From the NCBI GenBank assembly GCA_031422435.1, contig JANPLU010000068.1, forward strand, positions 1 through 64,000: a stretch of 64,000 nt of DNA. Reading direction: 5' to 3'. The notes beneath the pieces are model-generated. The model made no database searches and was not told the origin of the DNA. It saw only the letters and a program-made list of their open reading frames with translations. Below are positions 39,047 through 49,675 of the stretch, piece after piece. A program made the position numbers and the translations under genes. Each line of letters opens with the position of its first letter. Within the stretch, counting starts at the first letter, position 1. This DNA is from Acaryochloridaceae cyanobacterium VAR_48_metabat_390. GTDB lineage: Bacteria; Cyanobacteriota; Cyanobacteriia; Thermosynechococcales; Thermosynechococcaceae.

Positions 39047-40593
39047 CTCGTGCGCCAGACTCTTCTTCCCAGCGAGATACGCTCAACTCACCCTTGCGGG
39101 CTTCGGGCGCGCCGCTATCGCCCAATAGTGCGCCAGGGGCATCTCGTCCTCCCTTTACTGGCTCAGGCTCGACAAATGGCAGCGCCATAGCGGCGGCAGC
39201 AGCAATGAAGACAGATGTGCCTCATAGCGTTAGTGATGGGGTTGAAGAGACGGTTGGGGAGATGACGTTTGATTCTGAACTCAGCGAGAGTAAGCCCAGC
39301 TTTTGGAAAGTTCTTCAAAACCAAAACTTTTTATTTTTGTGGGCAGGTCAAGTCTTTTCACAGCTTGCAGATAAAGTCTATCTGGTGCTGATGATTGCGC
39401 TCATCACAACCCAGTTTCAAACCGAAGGCCAAACGGTCAGCGGCTGGGTGTCGTCGGTCATGGTGGCGTTTACCATTCCGGCGGTGCTGTTTGGCTCCTT
39501 TGCTGGGGTACTCGTCGATCGCTGGTCTAAAAAATGGACGATGGTGCTGACCAATGTCCTCAGGGGCGGCCTTGTGTTGCTCCTGCCTCTACTGCTGTGG
39601 GCCGTTAAACCCTACGGCAATTTTTTGCAGGTGCCCCTTGGCTTTTGGATGGTTTTAGGGGTTACGTTTTTGGTCTCAGCCCTCACTCAGTTTTTTGCCC
39701 CTGCCGAGCAGTCCACCATTCCGCTGATTGTCGATAAGCCCCAGCTCCTCAGCGCTAACTCGCTCTACACCTTTACGATGATGCTGGCGGTGGTGGTAGG
39801 GTTTGCCGCAGGCGACCCGCTGCTAGAGCTTTCGACAGCGCTCTTGGGTCATCTGCCTTGGGTGGGGTCTTTTAGTCGAGAGCTGGTGGTAGGGGGCAGC
39901 TATGCGATCGCCGGACTATTGCTAATGTTTTTATCGACCAACGAAGCCAGTCGCCCTCAAGTCACAGATATGGGGCAAGTTTGGGCAGACATCAAAGACG
40001 GGCTTGAGTTTATTAATGCGCATCGCCGCATTAAAGGTGCGCTGATACAGCTTGTGATCTTGTTTTCAATCTTTGCTGCGCTAGCGGTCTTAGTCGTCCG
40101 CATGGCTGAGGTTTTGCCAGAAATTAAATCATCGCAATTTGGCCTACTGCTTGCCGCAGGGGGCGTTGGCATGGTGATTGGCATTGGGGTGCTGAACCGA
40201 ATTGTCCATCATGTTTCTTACCGGATCTTGAGCCTGTACGGATCTTTAGGGATGGGTGTCGCGTTCTTTTCTCTGGCCTTTTCTACCCATCACCTCTGGC
40301 TTTCCTTGAGCCTGCTATCTGCCATTGGTGTTTGTGCTGCTCTCGTAGGTGTTCCCATGCAGACCACCATGCAAGAGCAAACCCCAGAAGATTTACGCGG
40401 TAAAGTATTTGGTCTTCAGAACAACGCGGTCAATATTGCTCTGAGCTTACCCTTAGCGTTAGCAGGCGTTGCCGAGACCTTTTTTGGCCTTCAGTGGGTG
40501 CTGTTGAGCTTAGCCACGCTGGTTGTGACAGGGGGACTCTTAACCTGGTATATTTCCGGTACTGCTGAATTAGCGGATCGTGAGTCTGCGTAA
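39043..40593 (+). CDS. MFS transporter
   Basis: FLWAGQVFSQLADK, AGVLVDRW motif A, about 12 TM segments. Confidence 0.9.
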   Translation: MTRAPDSSSQRDTLNSPLRASGAPLSPNSAPGASRPPFTGSGSTNGSAIAAAAAMKTDVPHSVSDGVEETVGEMTFDSELSESKPSFWKVLQNQNFLFLWAGQVFSQLADKVYLVLMIALITTQFQTEGQTVSGWVSSVMVAFTIPAVLFGSFAGVLVDRWSKKWTMVLTNVLRGGLVLLLPLLLWAVKPYGNFLQVPLGFWMVLGVTFLVSALTQFFAPAEQSTIPLIVDKPQLLSANSLYTFTMMLAVVVGFAAGDPLLELSTALLGHLPWVGSFSRELVVGGSYAIAGLLLMFLSTNEASRPQVTDMGQVWADIKDGLEFINAHRRIKGALIQLVILFSIFAALAVLVVRMAEVLPEIKSSQFGLLLAAGGVGMVIGIGVLNRIVHHVSYRILSLYGSLGMGVAFFSLAFSTHHLWLSLSLLSAIGVCAALVGVPMQTTMQEQTPEDLRGKVFGLQNNAVNIALSLPLALAGVAETFFGLQWVLLSLATLVVTGGLLTWYISGTAELADRESA

Positions 40594-40615
40594 GGTTAAT
40601 CTGCTTAAGATTTAA

Positions 40616-41788
40616 ATGCACATTGCTTGGATTGGAAAACGATCGCCTGCCTGTGGCAATGTCACCTACAGTCGAGAAGTGACAAACGCCCTCTTAGATC
40701 GGGGCTATCAGGTGAGCTTTCTCCACTTTGCTCAAGAAGAAGAAGTGGAGTTTTCTGGGAATGACCCTGCGCCCCAGTCCCTTCAGGCCGAGTGTCAAGA
40801 AGTCACGCTGCCGTTTATCTATAAATCCCAGATTTATACCATCCCCAGTCTGCGCTCTAGCAAAGTGTTGTTTCAAGCTTTAAAGGGACTAAAGCCAGAC
40901 TTAGTTCACGCATCTTTAACGCTCTCTCCACTAGATTTTGTCTTGCCAGAGATTTGCGAAGAGCTAGGGGTGCCGCTGGTCGCAACCTTTCACCCGCCCT
41001 TTAGCCATAAGCACCGCAATTTATCTTCTGGTACGCAGCAGTTTATGTACCAGCTCTACGCACCCTTTTTGGCAAACTATGATGCGGTGATCATTTTTTG
41101 TGAGGCACAGAAAGAGTTATTGCATCGTTTAGGGGTGCCCTTAGAGCGGCTCATTATTATCCCTAATGGGGTGGATGTAGAAAAATATTCACCAGGAGTC
41201 TCTCGGTTTAGAGATGAAATTGGCGCCAACCGCGTCTTTGTTTATCAAGGGCGAATCGCGGTCGAAAAAAATGTGGAATCTTTGCTGAAGGCGTGGCTAC
41301 AGGCCGCCATGCCCGATGACTGCAAGCTGGTGCTGGTGGGAGACGGCTCACTCCTTACGTCTCTTATGCCTGCCTACGGCCCTGAAAACAACATTTTATG
41401 GATGGGCAATATTCTAGATGAGCAGCGCCGGATTGATATTCTGCGCGGCTCAGACGTGTTTATTTTGCCCTCTTTTGTAGAAGGGCTGTCTTTATCGCTA
41501 TTAGAGGCGATGGGGTGTGGGGTCGCCTGCATGGCAACGGATGTGGGTGCAGATGGCGAGGTATTGAGCGGTGGCGCTGGTGTAGTTTTAAATCCGCAGC
41601 GGGCGCGGAGTGAACTGCAAACGTTGCTGCCTTTATTTGCACACCATCCAGAAATGTCTGCGCTATTGGGGCAAAAAGCGCGAACGCGAGTGGTCGAAAA
41701 ATATTCTCTAAGAGCAAATATTGACAGCCTTGTGCAGTTTTATGACCAGATTTTTAAGATGCCAAAGACGACCTTGATCTCTCAATAG
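40616..41788 (+). CDS. dgdA: GT4 glycosyltransferase, DGDG synthase-like
   Basis: MHIAWIGKRSP.CGNVTY N-terminus characteristic of cyanobacterial DgdA/Ycf82; EGLSLSLLEAM. Confidence 0.8.
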   Translation: MHIAWIGKRSPACGNVTYSREVTNALLDRGYQVSFLHFAQEEEVEFSGNDPAPQSLQAECQEVTLPFIYKSQIYTIPSLRSSKVLFQALKGLKPDLVHASLTLSPLDFVLPEICEELGVPLVATFHPPFSHKHRNLSSGTQQFMYQLYAPFLANYDAVIIFCEAQKELLHRLGVPLERLIIIPNGVDVEKYSPGVSRFRDEIGANRVFVYQGRIAVEKNVESLLKAWLQAAMPDDCKLVLVGDGSLLTSLMPAYGPENNILWMGNILDEQRRIDILRGSDVFILPSFVEGLSLSLLEAMGCGVACMATDVGADGEVLSGGAGVVLNPQRARSELQTLLPLFAHHPEMSALLGQKARTRVVEKYSLRANIDSLVQFYDQIFKMPKTTLISQ

Positions 41789-41848
41789 AGATTTATTTGA
41801 AGAATATAAGGTGCTGATAGCCTGCGGTATAGTATCTGGGTTAAAGCA

Positions 41849-42454
41849 TTGCTCAGGACTTTACCTTTGCTAGAGCAGCCGTCGCTTTTTTCAGATCTAG
41901 CGCTAAGAGACATTCGACACTCTAGTCTCAATGCGTCGCCATTGCTGAAAATGAGTGTTCACAGCCTTTGTGCTTGGAAGCAGCGAATTTTTCAGTACCA
42001 GCAGCAGGTGATTCAAGAAACCCCACCTGCCCAGATCTCGCTGTTTGATGGGCAGGGATTGGGGACTGATCTAGAAAACCTTGACCCGTTTAGGCTGCGA
42101 TCGCAAAACATTGAATTTTGGCGCTGGCCTGCCGAAGAACCTGGGTTAGCCGCCCTTTATTTTGTAATTGATCATGAGCAATCGCCTTTGCTCCTCTATG
42201 TGGGTGAAACCTGCAAAGCAAACCAGCGTTGGAAAGGGGTGCATGACTGCAAACGCTACGTCCGTAACTATATTGCAGCCCACCGCATTCACAGTTTACC
42301 CGTTAGCGTCAGTATTGGCTTTTGGACTTATGCCCCAGCCGCAACGCGCCCTCGTCAGCATATGGAGCGATCGCAGATTGAAAAATGGCGATCGCCCTTC
42401 AATAAAGAAAATTGGAGACATTGGGGCACTCCATTTATGGGCGGCAAACACTGA
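41849..42454 (+). CDS. GIY-YIG nuclease family protein
   Basis: ALYFVID...LLYVGET, RWKGVHDCKRY, SPFNKE. Start uncertain. Confidence 0.75.
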   Translation: MLRTLPLLEQPSLFSDLALRDIRHSSLNASPLLKMSVHSLCAWKQRIFQYQQQVIQETPPAQISLFDGQGLGTDLENLDPFRLRSQNIEFWRWPAEEPGLAALYFVIDHEQSPLLLYVGETCKANQRWKGVHDCKRYVRNYIAAHRIHSLPVSVSIGFWTYAPAATRPRQHMERSQIEKWRSPFNKENWRHWGTPFMGGKH

Positions 42455-42555
42455 AGAGCAAAGTGGTCACTCTTGCTAATCACGCAGCATTTAAGAAGAC
42501 TTCGTGTTCCCAAACCTGGTTTAGCTACACTAAAGTAGATTCAGTCAGCGAGGCT

Positions 42556-43410
42556 ATGAAGATGTCAACTTCGCCCCTAGCCCAAAAAAGTAGCCTATCC
42601 ATTGCAGGGTTCTCTGCCGCCGCCCACAAGCGTAACCCCACCATTCAAGACTTTAAGTTTCGGGATGGTTTACCCACCGCCGAAGAGCTACCCGATTCGG
42701 ATGATAGACCTGTGGATAGTGAACTTCAAGAATTGATTCCAGGGTTGCTTAAGGCCATTCTTTTAGACCAGTGGCGAAACCGCACTGACTGGCTATTTGG
42801 AATCGATCTGGGGCTATACTACGACCCTGACGAACCCTGCATTGCCCCAGACGGTTTTTTGAGCTTGGGTGTTAAAGCCGCAGAGGACGAAAACCTGCGG
42901 CCTAGCTATGTTTTATGGGATGAACAGGTCATTCCTTTATTTGTATTAGAGGTAGTTTCTAAAGCCTATCGCCAAGAGCATTCTAAAAAGTTAGCCATTT
43001 ATCAGGCGATTGGAATTCTCTACTATGTGGTTTACGCTCCACTGCGCAAAAGAAAGGCTCGTTTCCAGGTGTATAAGCTTATCAACGGGGAATATATGCT
43101 TCAAAGTGAGGAAACAAAGCCCTATTGGATGCCGGAAATTGACCTAGGAATTGGTGTAGAACTCGGCAGCTACGGCTGTAGACAACGGGAATTGCTCTAC
43201 TGGTATGACCAAGCGGGGCAGAGATATCCTACGCCCACAGAAAGGGCAGAATTTGAGTCTCAGCGGGCACAGCTTGAAGCACAGCGGGCGGAACTTGAAG
43301 CGCAGCGAGCAAAAACGGAAGCAGCAGCGCGACAAGCGGCTGAGCAAAAGGCCAACCGACTTATGGAACAGTTACGGGCGTTAGGGATAGATCCAGACAC
43401 GCTTGAGTAA
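42556..43410 (+). CDS. Uma2 family endonuclease with coiled-coil repeat tail
   Basis: ELPDSDDRPVDSELQ, APDGFLSLGV, LEVVS, RAE repeats, LRALGIDPD. Confidence 0.88.
   Translation: MKMSTSPLAQKSSLSIAGFSAAAHKRNPTIQDFKFRDGLPTAEELPDSDDRPVDSELQELIPGLLKAILLDQWRNRTDWLFGIDLGLYYDPDEPCIAPDGFLSLGVKAAEDENLRPSYVLWDEQVIPLFVLEVVSKAYRQEHSKKLAIYQAIGILYYVVYAPLRKRKARFQVYKLINGEYMLQSEETKPYWMPEIDLGIGVELGSYGCRQRELLYWYDQAGQRYPTPTERAEFESQRAQLEAQRAELEAQRAKTEAAARQAAEQKANRLMEQLRALGIDPDTLE
43240..43323 (+). repeat. Imperfect 21-bp tandem repeat (about 4 units) in the Uma2 tail
   Basis: gaaagggcagaatttgagtct / cagcgggcacagcttgaagca / cagcgggcggaacttgaagcg / cagcgagcaaaaacggaagca. Confidence 0.7.
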
Positions 43411-43416
43411 TAATGC

Positions 43417-45399
43417 TTAATTCAAAAGAGATACGCCTGGAAATGCCGTTGGGTTTTGACGATCGTTCAGTCGTTTTTGGAGCGCTTCGAGGCGCAGATT
43501 AGCACGGGGAATGTTTTCGATGAGTTGGTAAGGCAAAATATTTTGCTCTAGGGCAAAGGCTGCGGTGGTACCTGCTGCGGCTCCTGCCGACCACTCAAAG
43601 CCGTGGACGCGGTACGTTGCGGCGCTGATGTGGCTGGTGGCAATATTTTTGCCCGTCACAATTAGGTTATCAATCCGAGGTGGAATCATCGCCCTTAGCG
43701 GAATTTGGTAGGGATAGGTGACGTGTGCGCCCTGACGTTCGCCCATTCGCTCCGTATTCTCTGGCTTTTCAGGGGGGGATTCTGCCATGCAGGGGTGGAA
43801 GTCGATGGGGTAGTGCCCAATCCCCACGCTATCGGGGTACAGCCGCGCCCGCGATCGCAGTTTGACCTGCTCTAATGAAACTTTGCCCGTAATTACATCA
43901 ATGGCATTGAGTCCAGCTAGAGACGTAACAAGATCGCGGTAGGCGCGGCTCGATAGGGTGTCGCGGTAGTACGGCTGGCGATAGTCTTTGGCAGACACAT
44001 CCGTTTCGCTAATGGTAAATCCGTCGGCATAGGCATAGCTATCGCGTCCAATGAGGCGACGACCTTCACGGATGTATGGAAATTTTGAAAGCCCGTGGGC
44101 GGTTCCCATCGGAGAATCAAACCCTTTGAGATAGCGCAAGTTAGGCCACGGTTTTTTGGCCTTGGAGCCTAGTTTTGAGTCAGTTGTGCCTGCCAGCAGC
44201 CAGTAAAAATAACCTTGAGCCAGTTCTTCCCCGCCCTTTAAGCTGCTGACCCGCAAACCACCCTTCCAGCCATTGGGGGTGAGCTGACCCTGCTCACTCA
44301 ACTGCTGACGGGTATAAAGCAAATTATCTGTCGGGTTTCCGGGGCCGTAGTCATTGCCCCCGCCCCAGTTTTGCATCGAGATATCGCCAGAATTGACGAC
44401 AGAATATTGGTTTGGTTGGCGGTCTGTACTCCAAATGCGGCGGTAGGTAAACACTAGCGCAGGGTCTTTGGCATAGCGATCGCTGTCGTAGCTATAAAAC
44501 GGCTCGTACTGTTTGTAAAACGGTGGTGGGTCAGCGGATTCTGGCTGTGCAGTAGACTCCATTGCAAAAGTGTAGGTAAATGCCTGAGGGCAATAGGGAT
44601 AGGCCGTTTGACTAGAGCTAGAAGGTTCTTTGTAGGTGCGCGGGTCAACCCCCACCCGATAGGGTAAATCTGCTAGCGCTAAGAGTTCACCTGTTTCGGT
44701 GGCTTCAATGACCATCCACTGTCCTGAAGCAGGTGCAGTAAAGTTCAGGATGGTTTTTGCCCAGCGCGGGGAATCAGCTTCTGTATAAAAGTCATCCCAC
44801 CCTTGGGATAAAAAGTCTGAATTAAGGGGCGGCGTGTTGGGCTGTGCCTGGTGCTGAATTGCCCTCACTGACAAAACCTTAGCACCTGTCGCCGGAGGGC
44901 TAATCTGGAGCGACTTAACAACTGTGTTAGGAAAAAACAGCAGCTTCCCTTTGCCCTGCTTTTGGGCACGCACCAGCATCTCTCGTAAAATATCGTTGCC
45001 CGTATGGGGCAAAAAGCAGGCTGCGCTTACCCAGCAGTTGCCTGGGCTTTTCTGCTTAATTTGGTCAAAAATGGCGTTCCGAAATTCTAGGTATCCTCTG
45101 GGGAAAAGCTGCTGCGATCGCTGAATTGCCGTCTCATCCAGTGCAGAAGTGCCTTGGGATGAAATCTGCCCGCCAATCCAATCCGTTAGCTCCGTCATGC
45201 AGACGGTACGCCCTGCGTGAAGCGCCTCGTAAGCTGCGGCAGTGCCAGCCAGCCCGCCTCCTACGATTAAGATGTCACAGGCGATCACCGTTTGAGAGCC
45301 AGAGCGAACTTCAATAGCTTCAATTTCTTGGGGTGTCGCTAGCCAGAGGAAGGCAATACCAGTGCCCCACATTAAAATTCGCCCTAAATTCATCCCCAT
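43417..45399 (-). CDS. Exported FAD-dependent oxidoreductase
   Basis: N-terminal signal-like segment, DILIVGGGLAG, WIGGQISSQG, YIREGRR, PYQIPLRA. Confidence 0.85.
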   Translation of the reverse strand: MGMNLGRILMWGTGIAFLWLATPQEIEAIEVRSGSQTVIACDILIVGGGLAGTAAAYEALHAGRTVCMTELTDWIGGQISSQGTSALDETAIQRSQQLFPRGYLEFRNAIFDQIKQKSPGNCWVSAACFLPHTGNDILREMLVRAQKQGKGKLLFFPNTVVKSLQISPPATGAKVLSVRAIQHQAQPNTPPLNSDFLSQGWDDFYTEADSPRWAKTILNFTAPASGQWMVIEATETGELLALADLPYRVGVDPRTYKEPSSSSQTAYPYCPQAFTYTFAMESTAQPESADPPPFYKQYEPFYSYDSDRYAKDPALVFTYRRIWSTDRQPNQYSVVNSGDISMQNWGGGNDYGPGNPTDNLLYTRQQLSEQGQLTPNGWKGGLRVSSLKGGEELAQGYFYWLLAGTTDSKLGSKAKKPWPNLRYLKGFDSPMGTAHGLSKFPYIREGRRLIGRDSYAYADGFTISETDVSAKDYRQPYYRDTLSSRAYRDLVTSLAGLNAIDVITGKVSLEQVKLRSRARLYPDSVGIGHYPIDFHPCMAESPPEKPENTERMGERQGAHVTYPYQIPLRAMIPPRIDNLIVTGKNIATSHISAATYRVHGFEWSAGAAAGTTAAFALEQNILPYQLIENIPRANLRLEALQKRLNDRQNPTAFPGVSLLN

Positions 45400-45428
45400 C
45401 TCCAAAGGTTGGCTGCTTATAACCAGAA

Positions 45429-45869
45429 CTAATTAATAGCCGCTTCATAAGCCCCCAGCTTCAGCAAACGAGCAACCACACGACGAGACACACCCGCAAG
45501 TTTGCTAGCTTTCCCCAGGGCTTCCCCACGTCGAAGGTTACGCACTACATTTTGGACTTTATAGCTAAGAGAAGCCGCATAGGCAATTTCGCCCGTACGA
45601 TTTGCCACAAGCAGCCCACGCACAACGGCATTTGCGAGAACGTGGGACTGGATATCTGCACCAGCACTCCCACGATTTGCCTCTGTATAAACATGCTGCG
45701 GAAGTAGGCTTTTTTCAAGGGGAATAATGGGAACCTCAGATAGCTCTGCCGTCAGAATAGATCTTTGTAGGGGGCTTGCAGCGGCATAGGGACTAACACC
45801 CACACACATTGTGGCAATCAGAGCAATACAGCTAGAGGTTCTCATAAGGGAGACATCTAAATGAATCAT
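45429..45869 (-). CDS. Hypothetical exported protein
   Basis: 146-aa ORF with a signal-peptide-like N-terminus. Confidence 0.55.
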   Translation of the reverse strand: MIHLDVSLMRTSSCIALIATMCVGVSPYAAASPLQRSILTAELSEVPIIPLEKSLLPQHVYTEANRGSAGADIQSHVLANAVVRGLLVANRTGEIAYAASLSYKVQNVVRNLRRGEALGKASKLAGVSRRVVARLLKLGAYEAAIN

Positions 45870-46058
45870 TTAGGCAAGAAAACGAACAAAATGTGGGGTT
45901 AAAGTTCTAGCGCAATGCAGAGTTTTAGGCTACGCATCACAATCAAACCCTGTTAGCGTCTGTTGTACGACAATTTGAAAGATTTGTGTCAACAACTTTA
46001 GGGGTCGATGAAGATCAACGCCTATTTGCAGAGCTATTAACGGGTGGGGTTTAAGGTG

Positions 46059-46802
46059 CTACCGAGCATCTCGTAAACCTGTCCAGCCAATGGCAATAAA
46101 GCCAAGGGCGAGCAGCAAACTTCGCACTTCAGCGCGCCAGCGATTGAGAGACACTTCTTTGCCAACCTGATCGAGTGCCTGCTGCTTTTGCTTTTTCATT
46201 TCATCTAATTGCTGAGCGGCCTTCTTATCGAAGGCTTTGGGATCTTTTTTAAGCTCTTGCAACATTGCCAGCTTGTCAGCAGCTAAGTCTTTGCGCTGTA
46301 AGAGCTGATCAAGCTGACCACTGGCAAGTACAGACTGAATCTCCTCCTGCTGCTGCTGGATTTGAAATTTAATTTGCGCCTCTTGCTGATCGGCACGGGT
46401 GGCTGCAGCACTTAAAATCTGACCGGAGGTGCTGAAATGAAAGGGGATCAGCAGCAGAAAGATTAGTCCCAGAAGGCTAGCAACAATGAATGTCCAAAAC
46501 TGGGAATTACGCCAGGGCGAGGCAGCAGTATCTGATGCTGAATTTGGCGCTGAACTTGGCACAGCTTTACCCAAGACCTGGTTAATCCAAAAACCTGCAT
46601 AGACTAGGGCTAACCCCAACAGCGCAATTACCCCTCGGTCAATCAGCTCATTGAGAAAGCTAAGCTGTAGGTCGGGTTTATCTCCCTGAAGGGTAAATAG
46701 CCGCACGGTAAAGTCGTACACAACCGTGAGCAGCAGGATGATGCCAACAATCGGCAAAACAAAGGAAGTTTGTCGCAAAGGGCGATTTTCGCTCGCATTC
46801 AT
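46059..46802 (-). CDS. HpsJ-like membrane protein
   Basis: IDRGVIALLG, LLGLIFLLLIP.H, Q-rich coiled coil, C-terminal FIAIGWTGL. Confidence 0.75.
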   Translation of the reverse strand: MNASENRPLRQTSFVLPIVGIILLLTVVYDFTVRLFTLQGDKPDLQLSFLNELIDRGVIALLGLALVYAGFWINQVLGKAVPSSAPNSASDTAASPWRNSQFWTFIVASLLGLIFLLLIPFHFSTSGQILSAAATRADQQEAQIKFQIQQQQEEIQSVLASGQLDQLLQRKDLAADKLAMLQELKKDPKAFDKKAAQQLDEMKKQKQQALDQVGKEVSLNRWRAEVRSLLLALGFIAIGWTGLRDAR

Positions 46803-46906
46803 GATGGGTAGAAGAACCTGTAGTGGAATGAGTCGTGGAATTCATCAATGTGATGCCGCAGGTGTGTGCCGCAAATTCTGCAAAATCTTAACACCTGATG
46901 GGGGCG

Positions 46907-48103
46907 CTAGGGGCGATCGCCGCTGGTGAGTTCTTGAGGGTCTAGCTTGCTTAAGGTGATGCGTAAACTGCGCGGCTTGCCCTGTTGATTGACCTGAACT
47001 GTAATCATGCCACCAGGTCGCGCCGCCTCCACGGCCTGCTGGACATCATCCGTCGTACGAATGGGCTGTTCGTTGATAGATTGCACCAGATCGCCAGATT
47101 TTATGCCGCCCGCTGCCGCAGGAGAGTTGGGCATTACCTTAACGACTAAAACGCCCTTCTCAGCATCTAGCTTAAGCTTTTCCTGCTGGTTGATCTGATC
47201 GCGGAGTTCAGGCGTAAGGTCTACCATCTGCACCCCCAAATAGGCGTGTTCGACCTTGCCGCTTTCGACTAACTGCCGAGCGATCAGCTTGGCTGAGTCA
47301 ATAGGAATCGAAAATCCGAGTCCTTGAGCATTTTGGATAATAGCGGTGTTAACGCCAATCACCTGTCCTGATGCATTAAGGAGGGGTCCTCCAGAATTAC
47401 CCGGGTTAATGGCTGCATCGGTTTGGATAAAGCGCACCCGCCGATCTGAGATGCCAATTTCAGACCCTGATCGCCCCGTGGCGCTGATGATGCCTACGGT
47501 GACTGTGTTGTCTAACCCCAAGGGGTTGCCAATGGCGATCGCCCATTCTCCTGGCAGCAGCGCTTTAGAGTTGCCAAGACTGACCGTCGGCAAGTTTGAC
47601 GCTTCAATTTTAATGACTGCGATATCTGTCAGGGTATCTTCCCCCAGTACCTTGCCCTTAAACTGACGACCGTCTTTGAGCAATACCGTCACCTGATCGG
47701 CCTTATCAACGACATGGGCATTGGTCATCACCAAACCTTGGGCATCAAAAATAAAGCCTGACCCCGTTCCGCGATCAACTCGTTCAGTGCTGCGGTTCTG
47801 CTGCGGAATTTCAAAAAAGCGTCCCAAGGGAGAGTCGGTGCTGGTGTCTTGCACTGTACGGGTAGAGTTGATTCGCACCACTGCTGGCCCTACTTTCTGA
47901 ACCACCTGAACCACGAAGTTAGGCGGTAGTGCGGTGCCAGCAGCAGAAACGGTTGTCGGTAACGGCGAAGCGGTGCCAGCAACGGGACTTGCTGATGGTA
48001 GGGGAGGCTTGATTGCTGTACAGCCGCTTTGTAGCCCAAGGAGTGCGATCACCAACCCACCCCATCGCAAAGATCTAAACCTCCGTCGTTGTCCATCCAT
48101 CAT
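46907..48103 (-). CDS. HtrA/HhoA/HhoB serine protease with PDZ domain
   Basis: GSGFI, TNAHVV, DIAV, QTDAAINPGNSGGPL, C-terminal PDZ. Confidence 0.93.
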   Translation of the reverse strand: MMDGQRRRFRSLRWGGLVIALLGLQSGCTAIKPPLPSASPVAGTASPLPTTVSAAGTALPPNFVVQVVQKVGPAVVRINSTRTVQDTSTDSPLGRFFEIPQQNRSTERVDRGTGSGFIFDAQGLVMTNAHVVDKADQVTVLLKDGRQFKGKVLGEDTLTDIAVIKIEASNLPTVSLGNSKALLPGEWAIAIGNPLGLDNTVTVGIISATGRSGSEIGISDRRVRFIQTDAAINPGNSGGPLLNASGQVIGVNTAIIQNAQGLGFSIPIDSAKLIARQLVESGKVEHAYLGVQMVDLTPELRDQINQQEKLKLDAEKGVLVVKVMPNSPAAAGGIKSGDLVQSINEQPIRTTDDVQQAVEAARPGGMITVQVNQQGKPRSLRITLSKLDPQELTSGDRP

Positions 48104-48286
48104 CTTGTTCGCTCTGCTTTGCTGGATAAAAGTCGTATTGCTTAGGCTTATGAAAACCAAAGCTTCTTGTAGGCTACTCAATTTTAGAAGGTGGTTGCTG
48201 CCCTGAAAAGCCTCAATAGGCTATCGAAGTGCAAGATTAGAGAGCCGTTTGGCACAATAAGAGAGTTGAAGAACGTTAGGTGGCCC

Positions 48287-49255
48287 ATGATAACTCCCTC
48301 CTACGATCCAGATTTGAGGGTTAAAAAGCGTACGGTGTTTCTTTATCAGCGAATTGCCTGCGTAGGGTTAAGTAGTATTGCAGGCATTGGGCTGGGAATG
48401 ATTCAGAAAAAGGCGATCGCTCTGCCTATCGTTACAGACTGCCCCCATCGACCCGTGCTAGAACGTTTGCAAGCCCATAAAGTTCAGCCTAAAGAGACGC
48501 TTACCCAAATTGCCAATCGCTACGGGTTACTTAGTACAACCCTGATGGGCATGAACCCTTTGGTGCGGACAGGAAAGGTTAAACCAGGCCAAATCTTAGT
48601 CATCCCGCCCTATAACGGGATTGTCGTTTCGCTGACGACAGGTCAGACCCTTCAGTCTGCGGCGCAAGCTTATCAGGTTAAATCCGATGTTTTGTTTGAG
48701 GTAAATGGCTGTCAGAAAAACCCAAAAACCGTCTTTGTGCCAGGGATAAACTGGTCACCCGTGAATTCAGGATCAGCTGCCGCAACCTTCCTTCCCAAGC
48801 AGTCACCCACTCAAGTTGACGCATTTTTGCAACAAGACCACTACCCACTGCCGCAACCCGCAGCCGTGATGCGAACCTATGGCTGGCAGCCCAATGGCCC
48901 TAGCAATGCCATTGTCTTTGCAAGCGGGGTTGACTTAGCGACCGCATCCGGAACACCCGTATATGCCGTTGCTGATGGAACCGTTGCCTTTGTGGGGGTA
49001 CAAAAACCTTGGGGCAATATGGTTGTGATTAACCATGCGCGAGGTCGTCAAACCCGCTATGGTTACCTAGATTTACCCAGCGTTAAGGTGGGTCAGTCTG
49101 TGCAGCGGGGTCAGGTGATTGCCAATGTTAAAGCAGCATCTACCTCTGCGCTTCGGTTTGAGCTGCGCTATCGATCTGCTCTGGGCTGGGTTGCTCAAGA
49201 TCCGCAGCCTTACCTCCGCGCCATTTCGGGTTCCAAAAAAACGCCGCAGCTTTAG
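48287..49255 (+). CDS. LysM + M23-like protein with degenerate Zn ligands
   Basis: Two LysM repeats. M23 fold motifs read FASGVDL, TRYGYL and ALRFELR. Confidence 0.85.
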   Translation: MITPSYDPDLRVKKRTVFLYQRIACVGLSSIAGIGLGMIQKKAIALPIVTDCPHRPVLERLQAHKVQPKETLTQIANRYGLLSTTLMGMNPLVRTGKVKPGQILVIPPYNGIVVSLTTGQTLQSAAQAYQVKSDVLFEVNGCQKNPKTVFVPGINWSPVNSGSAAATFLPKQSPTQVDAFLQQDHYPLPQPAAVMRTYGWQPNGPSNAIVFASGVDLATASGTPVYAVADGTVAFVGVQKPWGNMVVINHARGRQTRYGYLDLPSVKVGQSVQRGQVIANVKAASTSALRFELRYRSALGWVAQDPQPYLRAISGSKKTPQL

Positions 49256-49273
49256 CCCCTGCTTGCACAAGGC

Positions 49274-49675
49274 TTACTTTGGTCCACGCATTAGTGCGAG
49301 GTAAAGCTCTACGCCCACAACAATGATGGGCAATCCAATCCCAACTAACCCTAACCATCCCATCGCTTGAGATAAGGTGACATAAAGCTGTTTATTAGCA
49401 TTTTGCCGATCAATTTTTTCCTGCGTCCATTTGACCCACCAAGAGCTAATGCCCATGAGTACCGCGCCGAGAATTCCTGCGGGGATGGTGATAGAAAGCC
49501 AGATTGAAAGTCTATTTGAACCCTGAATCATTTGAAAGCTAGGCAAAATTATAAGGCTCAAGCCTTCTAGAAAAAACCAGACGAACAGCGCACTGACCGC
49601 ATCCTTACGGGCTAACTGTAGATCTTGATCTGACTCATTGAGCAGAACGGTTTGCTGGCGACGCTGGTGACGCAT
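49274..49675 (-). CDS. Hypothetical membrane protein
   Basis: Three hydrophobic helices. Confidence 0.65.
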   Translation of the reverse strand: MRHQRRQQTVLLNESDQDLQLARKDAVSALFVWFFLEGLSLIILPSFQMIQGSNRLSIWLSITIPAGILGAVLMGISSWWVKWTQEKIDRQNANKQLYVTLSQAMGWLGLVGIGLPIIVVGVELYLALMRGPK

